Positions 24,205 to 35,724 of a stretch of 64,000 nucleotides of DNA are shown here, in pieces; positions within the stretch are counted from its first letter, which is position 1; each line of letters begins with the position of its first letter. This stretch comes from Mobula birostris (taxonomy: Eukaryota), in contig NC_092379.1 of NCBI RefSeq assembly GCF_030028105.1, forward strand, positions 52,623,821 through 52,687,820, in the 5' to 3' direction. The notes below the pieces were generated by a model. That model saw only the letters and a list, made by a program, of their open reading frames with translations, had not been told where the DNA came from and did no database searches. A program made the translations under genes and the position numbers.

Positions 24205-27200
24205 TCACATTTTGTATCAGCAGCAGACATGAGAAGGACTCTGCAGAGAGTCAACCCACACCTGTAAGGCAGCCGAGCCAGATAACATCCCGGGCCACGT
24301 ACTCGGAGACGATATCGACATATTCACGGACATCTTCAACACTTTATTCATCCAGGCTGCTGTCACCACATGCTTCAAGTCAACCACCATCATCCCTGTA
24401 CCGAAGAACTCTTACACTTCCAGAATTAAATGACGACCATCCAGTGGCACTGACATCAATCACCATGAAGTGCTTTAATGGGCTGGTGACGACATGTATC
24501 AAAGATTCCATTCCTGCCACATTGGATTCTCACCAATATACTGACTGACAGAACTGCTGAACGACAGGTGCCAAAGCACCCGGCCCTGATACACCTAGAA
24601 AAGAAGTACACTCAAGTGAGAATGCTGTTCCTGGATTTCAATTCATCATTCAACACTATTGTCCCACAGATATTAGTGAACGAACTCCTACTCCTCGGTC
24701 TAAACGCATCACTGTGCAACTGGGTGTTGGTCTATCAAACCAATAGACCTCAGATAGTTGGGATGCTTAACAGCTCCTCCCCCTTCATCATCATCAACAC
24801 GGTTGCCCCCAGGGCTGTGTGCTGAGCCCATTGCTGTATTCTCTCTGCTCATACCTAACTGCACAGCCAAACACCCAAGTAATCACAAGGTCAAGTTCAC
24901 CGAAGACACGGCCGTGGTGGGGCTCGTCACCAAGGGTGATGGGACAGCCTACAGACAAGACGTGGAAGAGTTCGATGCTCAGTGTCAGGAAAATAACTTC
25001 TTCCTCAATGTTCGCAGGACGAAGATTAGATTAGATTCAACTTTATTGTCATTGTGCCGAGTACAGATACAAAGCCAATGAAATGCAGTTAGCATCTGAC
25101 CAGAAAAGCAAAGAATAGTGTTATTTACAAAAATAACTGCGAATAAGAAGTAAGTGCTACAGCACACAAATATGAAAGTACTGAGACAGTACAATATGGG
25201 TGCAATACTGCTTAGATTAGATTAGATTATGAGGACACGCAGTCCTCTTTTATTGTCATTTAGTAATGCATGCATTAAGAAATGATACAATGTTTTTCCA
25301 GAATGATATCACAGAAACATATGACAAACCAAGACTGAAAAACTGAGAAAAACCACATAATTATAACATATAGTTACAACAGTGCAAAGCAATACCGTAA
25401 TTTGATAAAAACAGACCATGGGCACGGTAAAAGTCTCAAAGTCTCTGGAAAGTCCCATCATCTCACGCAGACGGTGAACCTCCAGCGCCGCCAACTTGCC
25501 GATGCAGCATCCCGGAAGCATCGGATCACAGTCTGACTCCGAGTCCGTCCGAAAACTCCGAGCCTCCGACCAGCTCTCCGACACCGAACACCGAGCACCA
25601 TCTCTGCCGAGCGCTTCGACCCCGGCCCCGGCAACAGGCAATAGGCAAAGCCAAGGATTTGGGGCCTCCCCTTCCGGAGATTCTCGATCGCACAATAGCA
25701 ACAGCAGCGAAGCAGGCATTTCAGAAGTTTCTCCAAATGTTCCTCCGTGCTTCTTCACGTCTGTCTCTATCAAATCAGGATTGTGCACGACATCCTACTT
25801 CACAGATATGATATCATGATACATGCTTAGCGCTGTGATGTGAGGTTCAGCAGGGTCACAGCCTCAGGGAAGAAGCTCTCCCTGTGCCTGCTGGTGCGGG
25901 AGATGGTTATCAGCTTCAGGAAAACTTGCACCACTCACAGCCCTCTACATCAGTGACACAGCAGTGGAAACTACGATCAGTTTCAAACTCCTGGGAGTGC
26001 ACATCTCACACAACCTCTCATGGTCCCAAAACACAAGGAAAGCTCACCAGCGCCTCTACTTTCTGAGGAGGCTGAAGAGAGCTGGGCTATGCACATCTTT
26101 ATTCATGTCATTCTACAGATGCGCAGTGCAGAGCATCTGAAAAGCTGCATTACTGCATGGTACGAGACCGCACTGCACCATACAACGGGTGGTCAAAACT
26201 GCTCAAGGCATTACTGCCCCAAGCCTACCCTCCATCAGGGTCATATATACAGAAAAGTCCCAGTCCCAGTCACATCATCCCCCCCACCCTGCTCATGGAC
26301 TGTTTCTCCCACTCCCATAAGAGAGGCTACTTGGCATCTACCCCAGGACCAGCAGACTCAAAAGGTTACGTTCCCCAAGCAGTAAAGCTGATCAACACCT
26401 CCACCCATTAACCCTCCCCTCTACACCCCCAACCACTACTACTTTATCATTTCCTATCAGTCACCAGTCCCTAGCATGACAGCGACTATTCTTCATTAGG
26501 AGTTTGAAGAGATTTGGCATGTCAACAAATACACTCAAAAACTTCTATAGTTGTACGGTGGACAGCATTCTGACAGGTTACAGCACTGTCTGGTATGGAG
26601 GGGCTACTGCACAGGACAGAAAGATGCTGCAGAGGGTTATAAATCTAGTCAGCTCCATCTTGAGCGTTAGCCTACAAAGTACCCAGGTCATCTTCAAGGA
26701 GCGGTGTCTCAGAAAGGCAGCGTCCATTATTAAGGACCTCCAGCACCCAGGGCATGCCCTTTTCTCACTGTTACCATCAGGAAGGAGATACAGAAGCCTG
26801 ACAGCACACACTCAGCGATTCAGGAACAGCTTCTTCTCCTCTACCATCCGATTCCTAAATGGGCATTGAACCCATGAACACTACCTCACTTTTTAATATG
26901 TATTATTTCTGTATTTTTCATGATTTTCAATTTATTCAATATAGGTATACTGTAATTGATTTACTCATTTATTTACTATTATTATTTTCTTCTTCTTCTA
27001 TATTATGTATTGCATTGAACTGCTGCTGCTAAATTAACAATTTTCTCAACACATGCCGGTGATAATAAACCTGTTTCTGATTCTGATTATGGACATACAA
27101 CCAATTTATGTATATAAATGATCTACATATCTATATTTATTGGTTTTTTACTATTATTACTATGCTCTTTATCTTACTGTTTTAATGCTGCATCTGATCC

Positions 27201-27225
27201 CGATTAACAACTAATTTGTTGTCCT
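24205..27225 (+). mobile_element. Rex1-type LINE with nested Rex1-type tails and a retroposon
   Basis: RT motifs VRMLFLDFNSSFNTIVP, PPGLCAEP and VKFTEDTAVVGL. Nested pieces lie at about 25025-25905 (minus) and about 26482-27087 (plus, ORF 26504..26869). Confidence 0.85.
25216..25823 (-). mobile_element. Non-autonomous retroposon with Rex1-like tail (copy 2)
   Basis: TSD tgcttag (25209-25215, 25824-25830); colinear with 8753-9330. Confidence 0.8.
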
Positions 27226-27324
27226 TTATGCATTTATCGAAAGGACAGATAAAGGGGGTGATGTGGCTTTGTTGGTAAGAAATGAAATCAAATCCTTAGA
27301 AAGAGGAGATATGGGATTGGAAGA

Positions 27325-28017
27325 TGTTATCCTGTGGGGGCATGCCGTATTCTGATTGTCGAAAGTCACTCCGTTGTGATTGGTTAGTTTAGAAGCTGCA
27401 GTTGCTTTTCCCATCAGATAGCTGCCTGGTGTCTAGTTTCAAATACAGTATAAAAGCATCGGATAGTCTTACGAGACCATGGATCTGCGCTTGGAAAGTC
27501 TTCACTCTCCAGGGTGCAGGCCTGGGCAAGGTTGTATGGAAGACCACCAGTTGCCCATGCTGCAAGTCTCCCTTCTCCACACCACCGATGTTGTCCATGG
27601 GAAGGGCATTAGGACCCATACAGCTTGGCACCAGTGTCGTCGCAGAGCAATGTGTGATTAAGTGCCTTGCTCAAGGACACAACACGTTCCCTTGGCTGGG
27701 GCTCGAACTCACAACCTTCAGGTCGCCAGTCCAATGCCTTAACCACTTGGCCATGTGCTCACACAGTTTCAAATATACTGGGTATATAAAATTGAGGAGA
27801 AAGGGACATTCCCGCTTCTTCCTTTATTTAAGGCAATGATGCACAAGACTTGAACTCTGAACTGAGTGTGTTTGTTGAATAGTCAGCTTTGTATTGTCTG
27901 TAACTTGGGAAACATGAATGTTTGGTTGAATTGTAAATAAATCATTAATAAACCTTTTCAAAGTCAGTGCATTTCCTGTCTCACTTGCCAGACCCGTGAA
28001 CCTGATTCAACATTACA
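27325..28017 (+). mobile_element. Probable solo LTR
   Basis: TGTTAT...ATTACA termini interrupt the CR1 at gaagatgtagaatcc. It contains attgg, gggtatataaaa and aataaa in LTR order. TSD length is ambiguous. Confidence 0.6.
27446..27764 (-). mobile_element. tRNA-derived CORE-SINE
   Basis: A box tggccaagtgg, B box gttcgagcc, CORE-like tgtgtccttgagcaaggcacttaa, and TSD agtttcaaata (27435-27445, 27765-27775). Confidence 0.85.
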
Positions 28018-28272
28018 GATGTAGAATCCCTGAGGGTAGATTTAAGAGACTGCAAGGATGAAAATACCCTGATGGGAGTTACATACAGGTCTCTGAACAG
28101 TAGCCCAGATGTGGGCTACAAATTACAATGGGAGATAGAAAAGGCACATCAAAAGGCTAATGTTACAATAATCATGGGGGATTTCAATATGCAGATATAT
28201 GTGGAAAAACAGGCTTGTCCTGGATCTCAAGAGAGATAATTTGAATAATGCCTAAAAGATGTCTTTTAGGAG

Positions 28273-29071
28273 TGTTACGAAATTGTAACGTTTTAGAAAT
28301 GAACCAGCAGCAAGAGATTTCACACTGAGTCAGGTTTTAATGGTAAAACGACTATCTTCATTAGTATCTGCTCATAATATAGTAACTTAACGAGATAAAT
28401 AAAAGTTAACAGTGTTATGTGTATATATGTGTAACTATCAAGCTTAGGGATAGTCACTTAAGTCTTAAAATGGCAAATTAGTAAGGTTCAGTAATCCACA
28501 GAACAAAATGATGAAGAGAGATTTTTGTAATCCACGCTGTAATGTAGCGAAAAGGTAAGTACAAAGTATTTCACAGGTTCCACGTCAGGTAAACAAAGTA
28601 ATAGTCGCCGAAGATCTTGCCTGTAGAATCCGTCCACATACAAATTATCACCAAAAGTAACCTGTCACAGGAATATTGTCTTCGAGTGGTTACCACACAA
28701 CATACCCAGACAAGGGTTAACACCATTGGTCCCACAGGATACCCCCAAAATCCACTCCTATGGATTATACGAAGTGACAGCCTCACATTCGTTGTGCCCA
28801 GCATTGTCGATTAACCCAATCTTTTGGGTAATGGGAAAGCTTTAGACTTCACCCATTCTGGAGCAAACTCGCCCCGGCAGTTCGTAGTTCCAATTCTTGC
28901 GAAGACTGCGAGATTAACTGTTTTCTCTCTCGTTTTTTTTTCTTTCTCTCTCTCTCTGCCTGTGTTTTTAATCTGCACAGACCGCGACAGCCTGTGACTG
29001 ACGTCATAGTCCCGCCTCCCTTAGGTGCTCTCAAAGAAACGATTTCAGTAAACGATCGCAGACTCGTAACA
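28273..29071. mobile_element. Solo LTR (Gypsy/ERV-type), 799 bp
   Basis: TGTTACGA...TCGTAACA inverted termini, 4-bp TSD ggag, and CRE tgacgtca at 28999-29006. Confidence 0.85.
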
Positions 29072-31314
29072 GGAGCAGCTTGTAGTTGAGCCCACTGGGG
29101 GATCAGCTATTCTCGATTCACTGCTGAGTAATGAACTGGATATGATTACGGAGCTTGAGGTAAAGGAACCCTGAGAAGTCGGAGATCATATGATAGAATT
29201 CACCCTGCAGTTTCAAATGGAGAAGTTAAAGTCAGATCTATCAGTATTGCAGTGAAGTAAAGGGAATTATAGAGGAATGAGAGAGGAGCTGGTCAAATTT
29301 GAATGGAAGGGGATGCCAGCAGGGATGAAGATGGACCAACAATGGCTGGAGTCTCTGGGAGTAATTCAGAAGGCACAGGGGAGACACACCCCAAAAAAGA
29401 AGTATTCTGAAGGCAGAATGATACAACCATAGCTAACAAGGGAAGTCAAAGCTAACAGAAAAACTAAAGAGAGGTCATATAATAGATCAAAAATTAGTGG
29501 GAAGTTGGAGGACTGGAAAACTTTAAAAAACAATAGAAAGCAACTAAAAAAGCCAAATGGAAGGAAAAGATGTCAAGGATACCAAATGTTTTTAAAGATA
29601 CATAAAGAGTAAAAGAGGTGAAAGTGGATATTGGACTGTGGAAAATAATGCTGGAGGGGTACTAATGGCGATAGAGGATGAAATGAATAAGTATTTTGCA
29701 TTACTCTTCATTGTCGAAGACATCAGCAATATGCCAAAGTCTGAAGAGTGCTGTGGGGGGCAGAAACCGAAAGTGCTGAAGGTAGATTAGTCACTTGGAC
29801 CAGATGGAGAGCCATCCTGTATGTTGTAGGGGTTCGAAAGAGGTAGCTGAAGAGATTGTTGAGGCATTAGTAATTATCTTTCAAGAATCACGAGATTCTG
29901 CAATCCTAGAATATTGCAAGTGTCACTCCACTCTTCTAGAAGGAAGGGAGGCAGAAGAAAGGAAATAATAGGCCAGTTAGCCTGAGTTCAGTGGCTGGGA
30001 AGAAAGTTGAAGTCAATTGTTAAGGTAGTGTTTTAGGGGTAACTGGAGGGACATGATAAAATAGGCCAAAGTAAGCATGGTTTCTTTAAGGAAAGATCTT
30101 GCCTGACAAATCTGTTGAAATTCTTTAAAGCAATACCAAGCAGGATAGACAAAGGAGAATCAGTGGATGTTGTTTGCTTGGATTGTCCAAAGGTCTTTGA
30201 CAAGGCACTGCACTGGAGGCTGCTTAACAAGTTAAGGGCCCATGGTATTTCGGGAAAGATACTAGCATAGATAGAATATTGGCTGGTTCATAGGAGGCAA
30301 AGAATAAAGGGAGTCTTTTCTGATGGGCTGTTGGTAATTAGTTTTATTCTGCAGTGGTCAGTGTTGGGACCGTTTCTGTTTAGGTTGAATGTCAATAATT
30401 TGGATGATGGAATTGATAGCTTTGCAGCCAATATGAAGATAGGTGGGAGAACAGGTAGTGCCGAAGAAGCAGGGAGTCTGCAGGAGGATTTAGACAGATT
30501 GAGAGAATGGGCAAAGAAGTGGCAGAAGGAATAAAATCACAGACTGTCTTTAAATGGGGGAAAAAGTCCCAGATGCAAAGTCCTCATGCAGGGTTCCCTA
30601 AAGAATAATTTGCAGGTTGAGTTGGTGGTGAGGAAGGCAAATGCAACGTTCATAATCATTTCAAGAGAACTGGAATATAAAAGCAAGCATGTAATTTTGA
30701 GTCTTTATAAGGCACTAGGGAGGAGTCATGGAGTATTGTGAGCAGGTGTAGGGCCCCCTTATTTAAGAAAGGATGTGCTAAGATTGGATAGGCTTCAGAG
30801 AAGGTCCACAAGAATGGTTCCAGGAATGAAAAGCTTAGCATATGAGGAGTAATTGATGACCCTGCATCTTTACTATCTGGAATTCAGAAGAACGGGATGC
30901 GGGGAATCGAATGTTGGAAGGCCTCCACAGAGTGGACTTGGAGAGGTTGTTTTCTATGATGGGAGAGTCTAGGACCAGAGGACACAGCCTCCGAACAGAC
31001 AGACATATATTTAGAATGGAGATGATAAGTGATTTCTTTCACCAGAGGGTGGTGAACCTGTGGAATTCATTGCCGTAGATGACTGCGGAGGCTTGGTCAT
31101 TGGGTGTATTTAAGGCGGAAGGTTCTTGATTAGTCAGGGTATGAAAAGATACGGGGAAAAGGCAGGACACTGGGTCTGAGAGCGAAATGGATCAGCCATG
31201 ATGAAATGGTGGAGCAGACTCGATGGGCCAAATGGCCTAATTCTGCTCCTATGTCTTATGGTCTTACAAGAAATTATATTCAAGTATCTAATATATCTTA
31301 GATATGTTAGTTTA

Positions 31315-31420
31315 GTTCATCCAGCCGGGATGACCGTTCACCTGTTTTGACTGGGGGAAGGGATTCACTCACTTACCCCAGTTGCAATCACATCAGTGAG
31401 TTCACACTGGCGAGCGGCCC
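31315..31420 (+). pseudogene. Isolated degenerate C2H2 finger on the plus strand
   Basis: Reads [28 protein letters not shown]. Confidence 0.75.
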
Positions 31421-31714
31421 TCCTGCATTTCACAGTGGTCAGTGGACTTGGGGTGTAGAGGATGAGAGGAGATGGGTGAAAGTGAATGAGGAGAGTGACT
31501 GGGAAATGGTCGGGGCGGAGGTGGTGAGGGGAGACAATATGGGATGTGGAGGTTGATGCTGGGGTAGTGGTGAAGGGTGTTGGGTTGAGAGCAGGGGAAA
31601 GATAAGGATAGAAGTTGAGAACAAAGGGTTGAAGGGAGAGAGTGGGGGTGGACGGTAATGGGAGGGTTGACAGAAGTGTGAGGGAGGGGAGATGGTTGTA
31701 GATCAGGAAGGGAG

Positions 31715-32503
31715 TCTCCTTTGCTTGGATCTTTGGAAACAGTTCTATTCCTTTCTTTAATATCTCTTTTTTTCCCTTTTCAGGGTTCTTTTGAAGACCC
31801 TGACCTGGAGTTACACGCTGACTTCAGTTCTTCGTGGGAATGGGTCCCGCTCTCAGGGCCTCACGACCGGCGATTTTTTGATATGTCAGGGACGCGGACT
31901 AGAAGACCAGCGCACCTTCAGGGTGTCACATTTTTGTAGCTCTGGAGGTGGGCAGACTCGAGGTCAGTGCCGCATGCCAAAAACTGGTGTGTTGTGGGGG
32001 ACAGAAGATCGAAAGCAGCAAGCTGGCTGCTGGCTGTTTGCCCAGAGACCCGAGATCTTTGGGCACAGAGCTCAGAAAAAAACAACACAACAGACTTTTA
32101 ACACCATAAATCAGCGAGTTGTTTGTTTTGTCTCCCCTCTAGCTGTGAAAGGGAGACACGTCTTTTTCCCTTATTAGGGACAGAGAGAGAGTAAGCCTGT
32201 GGTACGTCAAATTACCGGGTGAACGAGTAATCTATGGGGTACTGCAAGTCTGTGTCTTTATTGATGCTTTGATGCACGCTTGAGTGCTCGGTGAGGGGAG
32301 CCGATGCTTTTTTGCTGGTGGGGGAGAGGGGGATGTCGCTTTGCTCAGAGCTGGGGGGGGGGCTTTGGGGTTCTTACATTTAACTATCATTCATTCTTTA
32401 GGGCACTCCTTTGTTTTCGTGGATGTTTGTGAAGAAAAAGAATTTCAGGATATATATTGTATACATTTCTCTGACGTTATATGTACCTATTGAAACCTAT
32501 TGA
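31715..32503 (+). mobile_element. Probable non-autonomous retroposon within a GA-rich tract
   Basis: A complex segment interrupts purine-rich DNA and ends in a short repeated tail cctattgaaacctattga. It has no coding motifs. Confidence 0.5.
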
Positions 32504-32504
32504 G

Positions 32505-33410
32505 TCAGTGATGGAGAGGAAAGGGTTGACAGGGTGGAGAGGGGAGACAGCTGAGGGAGGGGGGAGTTGGAAGGGTTGTTATGGGAAGGCGGAGGAGAGG
32601 ATGAGAGGGGAGGAATGGGGGAGGTGTAGTGGAGATGACTGAAGAACAAGGGAGTGGGTGAGGGGTGGGGAAGGTTGGAGGTTCAGTACGGGGAGGGTAT
32701 GGAGAGCTGGTGTGGGCTATGTCGGTGGCAGCTGGGGAAGGGGATAGGTGGATGACTGGAGAGCTGGTCAGTGATGGAAGTGGATGTAGAGGGGAATAGG
32801 GAGAGGGTAAGAATACGGGAAACGGTGGAGGATAGGAGGGTATTGATGGGAGCACAGAGTGGGTAGTTGTTGAGGGGAGGGACAGTGGAGGAGTGGGATT
32901 AATGAAACAGTAGTAGGGGAGATGGCAAGGGTTGGGGAGAGTGGAAAGAAAATGATGGGGGGAAGGGAAATGTTGGGAGGGAAGTTAGTGAGGATTGAGG
33001 AGGGGGAGAAAGTAGAGGGGTGATAGAGGGTAAGTGCCTTGAAAGGGTGGTGGAGGGGACAGAGAGAGGCTTGGAGCGATGATGAAGGTAAAAGGAATAG
33101 CAGACTAGGAGGAGGAGTTGGGGGAAGTGGATAGTAGGGGGGGTGGGATGGAGAATGTGGGAGGGAAATGGACAGAGGGTGGGGGTGCAGCTCCGTGCCA
33201 CTGTTACTGAGCTGGACTCAACCAGCAGCTGACCCCTCAGTCTGGACCTGTACAGATGTAGAAAAGGTTCAGATGCTATTGTGGGAGGTGGTGTTGGGGA
33301 GACACCAGGCTGTGTGAGAGGGACGCACACAGTGAGTGATTGATATTGGGATGAAGAGAGGGGAATGCAGTGAGAGAGAAAGAGTGTGAGAGGGAGAGGG
33401 AGGAGAGGTT
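32505..33410 (+). repeat. Purine-rich low-complexity tract (continues 31440-31715)
   Basis: G/A-dominated plus strand. Confidence 0.85.
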
Positions 33411-33984
33411 CAGAAACTCAGGTTAGACTCTGTGTGTGTGAGGTCTACATGCTCTGCCGGTGACCCCATGGATATCCTTGGGTGTTCCAGTTCCCTCCCA
33501 CCTTCCTGACACGTGTGGGTCGGTGGGTTAATCATCCACTCTGAATTGAAGGGTACCGGGCTTCTTAATGTTGGTGTGAGACCCCGTCCTCTACAGCAGC
33601 CAGTTTTGGAGTGATGGGGGAAGGACTCAGGTGGAACTGACTGGAACACTTTCCACCACACCCCCGATCAATATTCTGGGTGGGAGGGGGCGGGACCTGT
33701 AAGACTGTAGAACCAGGCCATTCGGCTCCTCCCACGCTGGTTGCTGGTGCTCAGACGGACCTCTCCTGTCCCACTCAACTCCAACGTTCATCCCGAACCC
33801 CATGAACCCTCCCCCAGGCACCGACCTGGGGCTGGACTTTGGGAAGCGGGTAGTTGAGAGGATGACAGTCGAGTGAAAGAAGACCAAAATACATCAGTCA
33901 GGCAGTATCTGTGGAGAGAGGGGTACGGGTGAGGGAGTAGACACGAGGTTTGAAGACAGAGCCCCGTCCATTCCCAGAGACACG

Positions 33985-34245
33985 CTTAACGGCGCAATTG
34001 TTACCCTTTAAACTCCACGCTTCAGAATTTGCTCACTATGCGAAGTGCGCAGGCGTCGAGAACTGGTGCTCCTGGAAAGCGCGCATGCGCTCACAGACAA
34101 AAGATCCCGGAGGAGCCGGGGCTTCATCAGCTCCGGAGTCCGCGCCCCGACCCAGGGGCAACTACTGCGAGCTCTGTGGCCCCGTACACTCAACCGGTCC
34201 CGGTCCCACAGCAACCGCACCCGGGCTGCGGGGAATTTTCTGCTC
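33985..34245 (+). promoter_or_regulatory. Inverted copy of the ZNF promoter module lacking the splice donor
   Basis: Colinear with the reverse complement of 44360-44620: ttaccc..ctcc.cgct.cagaa, tgcgcaggcg (34046-34055), GCGCATGCGC (34081-34090), ttcatcagc. The GCAG|GTAGG segment is missing. Confidence 0.78.
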
Positions 34246-34344
34246 AGAACGAAAGTGCCGCTGCTAATGTGCACGTTGCATCGGCTCCCCTCTGCCAAAT
34301 GGCACCAAATCCAATGAGTTTTCCTGTGGGGGATTCAGCAGCCA

Positions 34345-34825
34345 ATCTGACCAACACAGCCAGCAGACACTGTCAGGACAGATATCGGAAGCGCTACCCC
34401 TCCGGCATTGTGAAAGACCCCTCCCATCCTTCCCACAACCTCTTCCGCCTTCTGCCGACAGGGAGACAACGCCGCAGCACAAGAACCACAATTGTCAGGC
34501 TGGGGAACGGCACTGTCAGACTTCTCAACACCTTGCTGGCACGTAACCCTATCTGAAAGCCCTGCCGTCTCACCCACTCATGGTGCTATTGCTGTTGTTT
34601 CACACATTTATACGACTGCTTGTTTTACGATCATAGTGTCAGTAACATCACACTGTCTTACATGAACATGGGCTTCGCACTTGATATCAACCTGTCACTC
34701 AGGGACACGTGATCTGTGCTGGGTGGTAACTACATGTGTGCGACTTTACATACTGGCCGTACTGTGTTTAGCTGCATCTGTGTACGGCTGAATGACGATC
34801 AACTTGAACCTCAAGTCAAATTCAA
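34345..34825 (+). mobile_element. Rex1-type 3' fragment
   Basis: IVKDPSHPSHNLFRLLPTGR...VRLLN followed by a typical 3' UTR. Confidence 0.75.
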
Positions 34826-34844
34826 CACCCAGATGTAGAAATAA

Positions 34845-35720
34845 AACAGAAATACGAGAAAATCTGCAGATGCTGAAAATCCAAAGCAACACACACAAAA
34901 TGCCCGAGGAACTTAGCAGGCCAGGCAGCATCTATGGAAAAGAGTAAACGGTCCATGTTTCGGGCTGAGACCCTTCTGGGGGGGGGGGGGGAGGAAAAGC
35001 CTGGCTGATAGATGATGGGTGAAGCCAAGTGTATGGGAAAGGTCAAGGGCTGGAGAAGATAGAATGAGGCAGCAGAGAAGCTTGAACCATAGGAGGAAAA
35101 GGAGGAGGAAGTAATACGCAGGTTTGATGAAGTGAAAGGTCTGAATGGGGAATGGGGGGGGGGGGTATATTCACCGGAAGGAGAAATCAATATTCATACC
35201 ATCAGGTTGCAGGGCACCCAGACAGAATATAAGCTGTTGCTCCTCCACCCTGAGGGTGGCCTCATTTTGGCACAAGAGGAGGCCATGGCGTGATATGCTG
35301 GAATGGGAATTAAAATGTTTGGCCATGGGGAAGTCCTGCCTGTGGCAGGTGGTGTGGAGGTGCTCAACAAAGCAGTCCCCCAATTTACAACGGGTCTCAC
35401 CAGTGAGGAGGCCACTTCAGGAGCACCGGACACAACAGACGACCCCAGCAGATTCACAGGTGAAGCGTTGCCTCACCTGGAAGGCCTGTCTGTGGCCCTA
35501 ACTGCAGGTGAGGGAGGATGGACAGTTGTCGCAGTTAGGCCACTTGCAGGGTTAAGTGCCTGGACAAGATTCATGGTGAGGGACAAATGGTCGAGGGAAT
35601 CAGAGAGAGAGTGATCCCTGTGGAAAGTGAAGTTGGTAGGGGGAAGTAAAGATATGTTTAGTGGTAGGATCCCTTTGGAGATGGTGGAAGTTGCAGAAGT
35701 TAATGTGTTGGATGCAGAGG
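34845..35720 (-). mobile_element. Penelope-like element 3' fragment (GIY-YIG C-terminus and tail)
   Basis: GDCFVEHL...AKHFNS...EEQQLIFCLGALQPDGMNIDFS, with tail gatgctgcctggcctgctaagttcct. Confidence 0.85.
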
Positions 35721-35724
35721 GTTA

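Larger units (their letters stand above)
27225..31268 (+). mobile_element. Long decayed CR1 LINE (APE through 3' tail) interrupted by two solo LTRs
   Basis: GGDVALLV, IIMGDFN, NNRPVSL, KHGFFKERSCLTNLL and SVLGP motifs occur in order. The tail is atggcctaattctgctcctatgtcttatggtctt. Confidence 0.88.

Noticed and set aside
27690-27764. tRNA gene (also 12300-12350)
   Set aside because: The A/B boxes continue into CORE or V domains and LINE-type tails, so these are SINE heads without a full cloverleaf.
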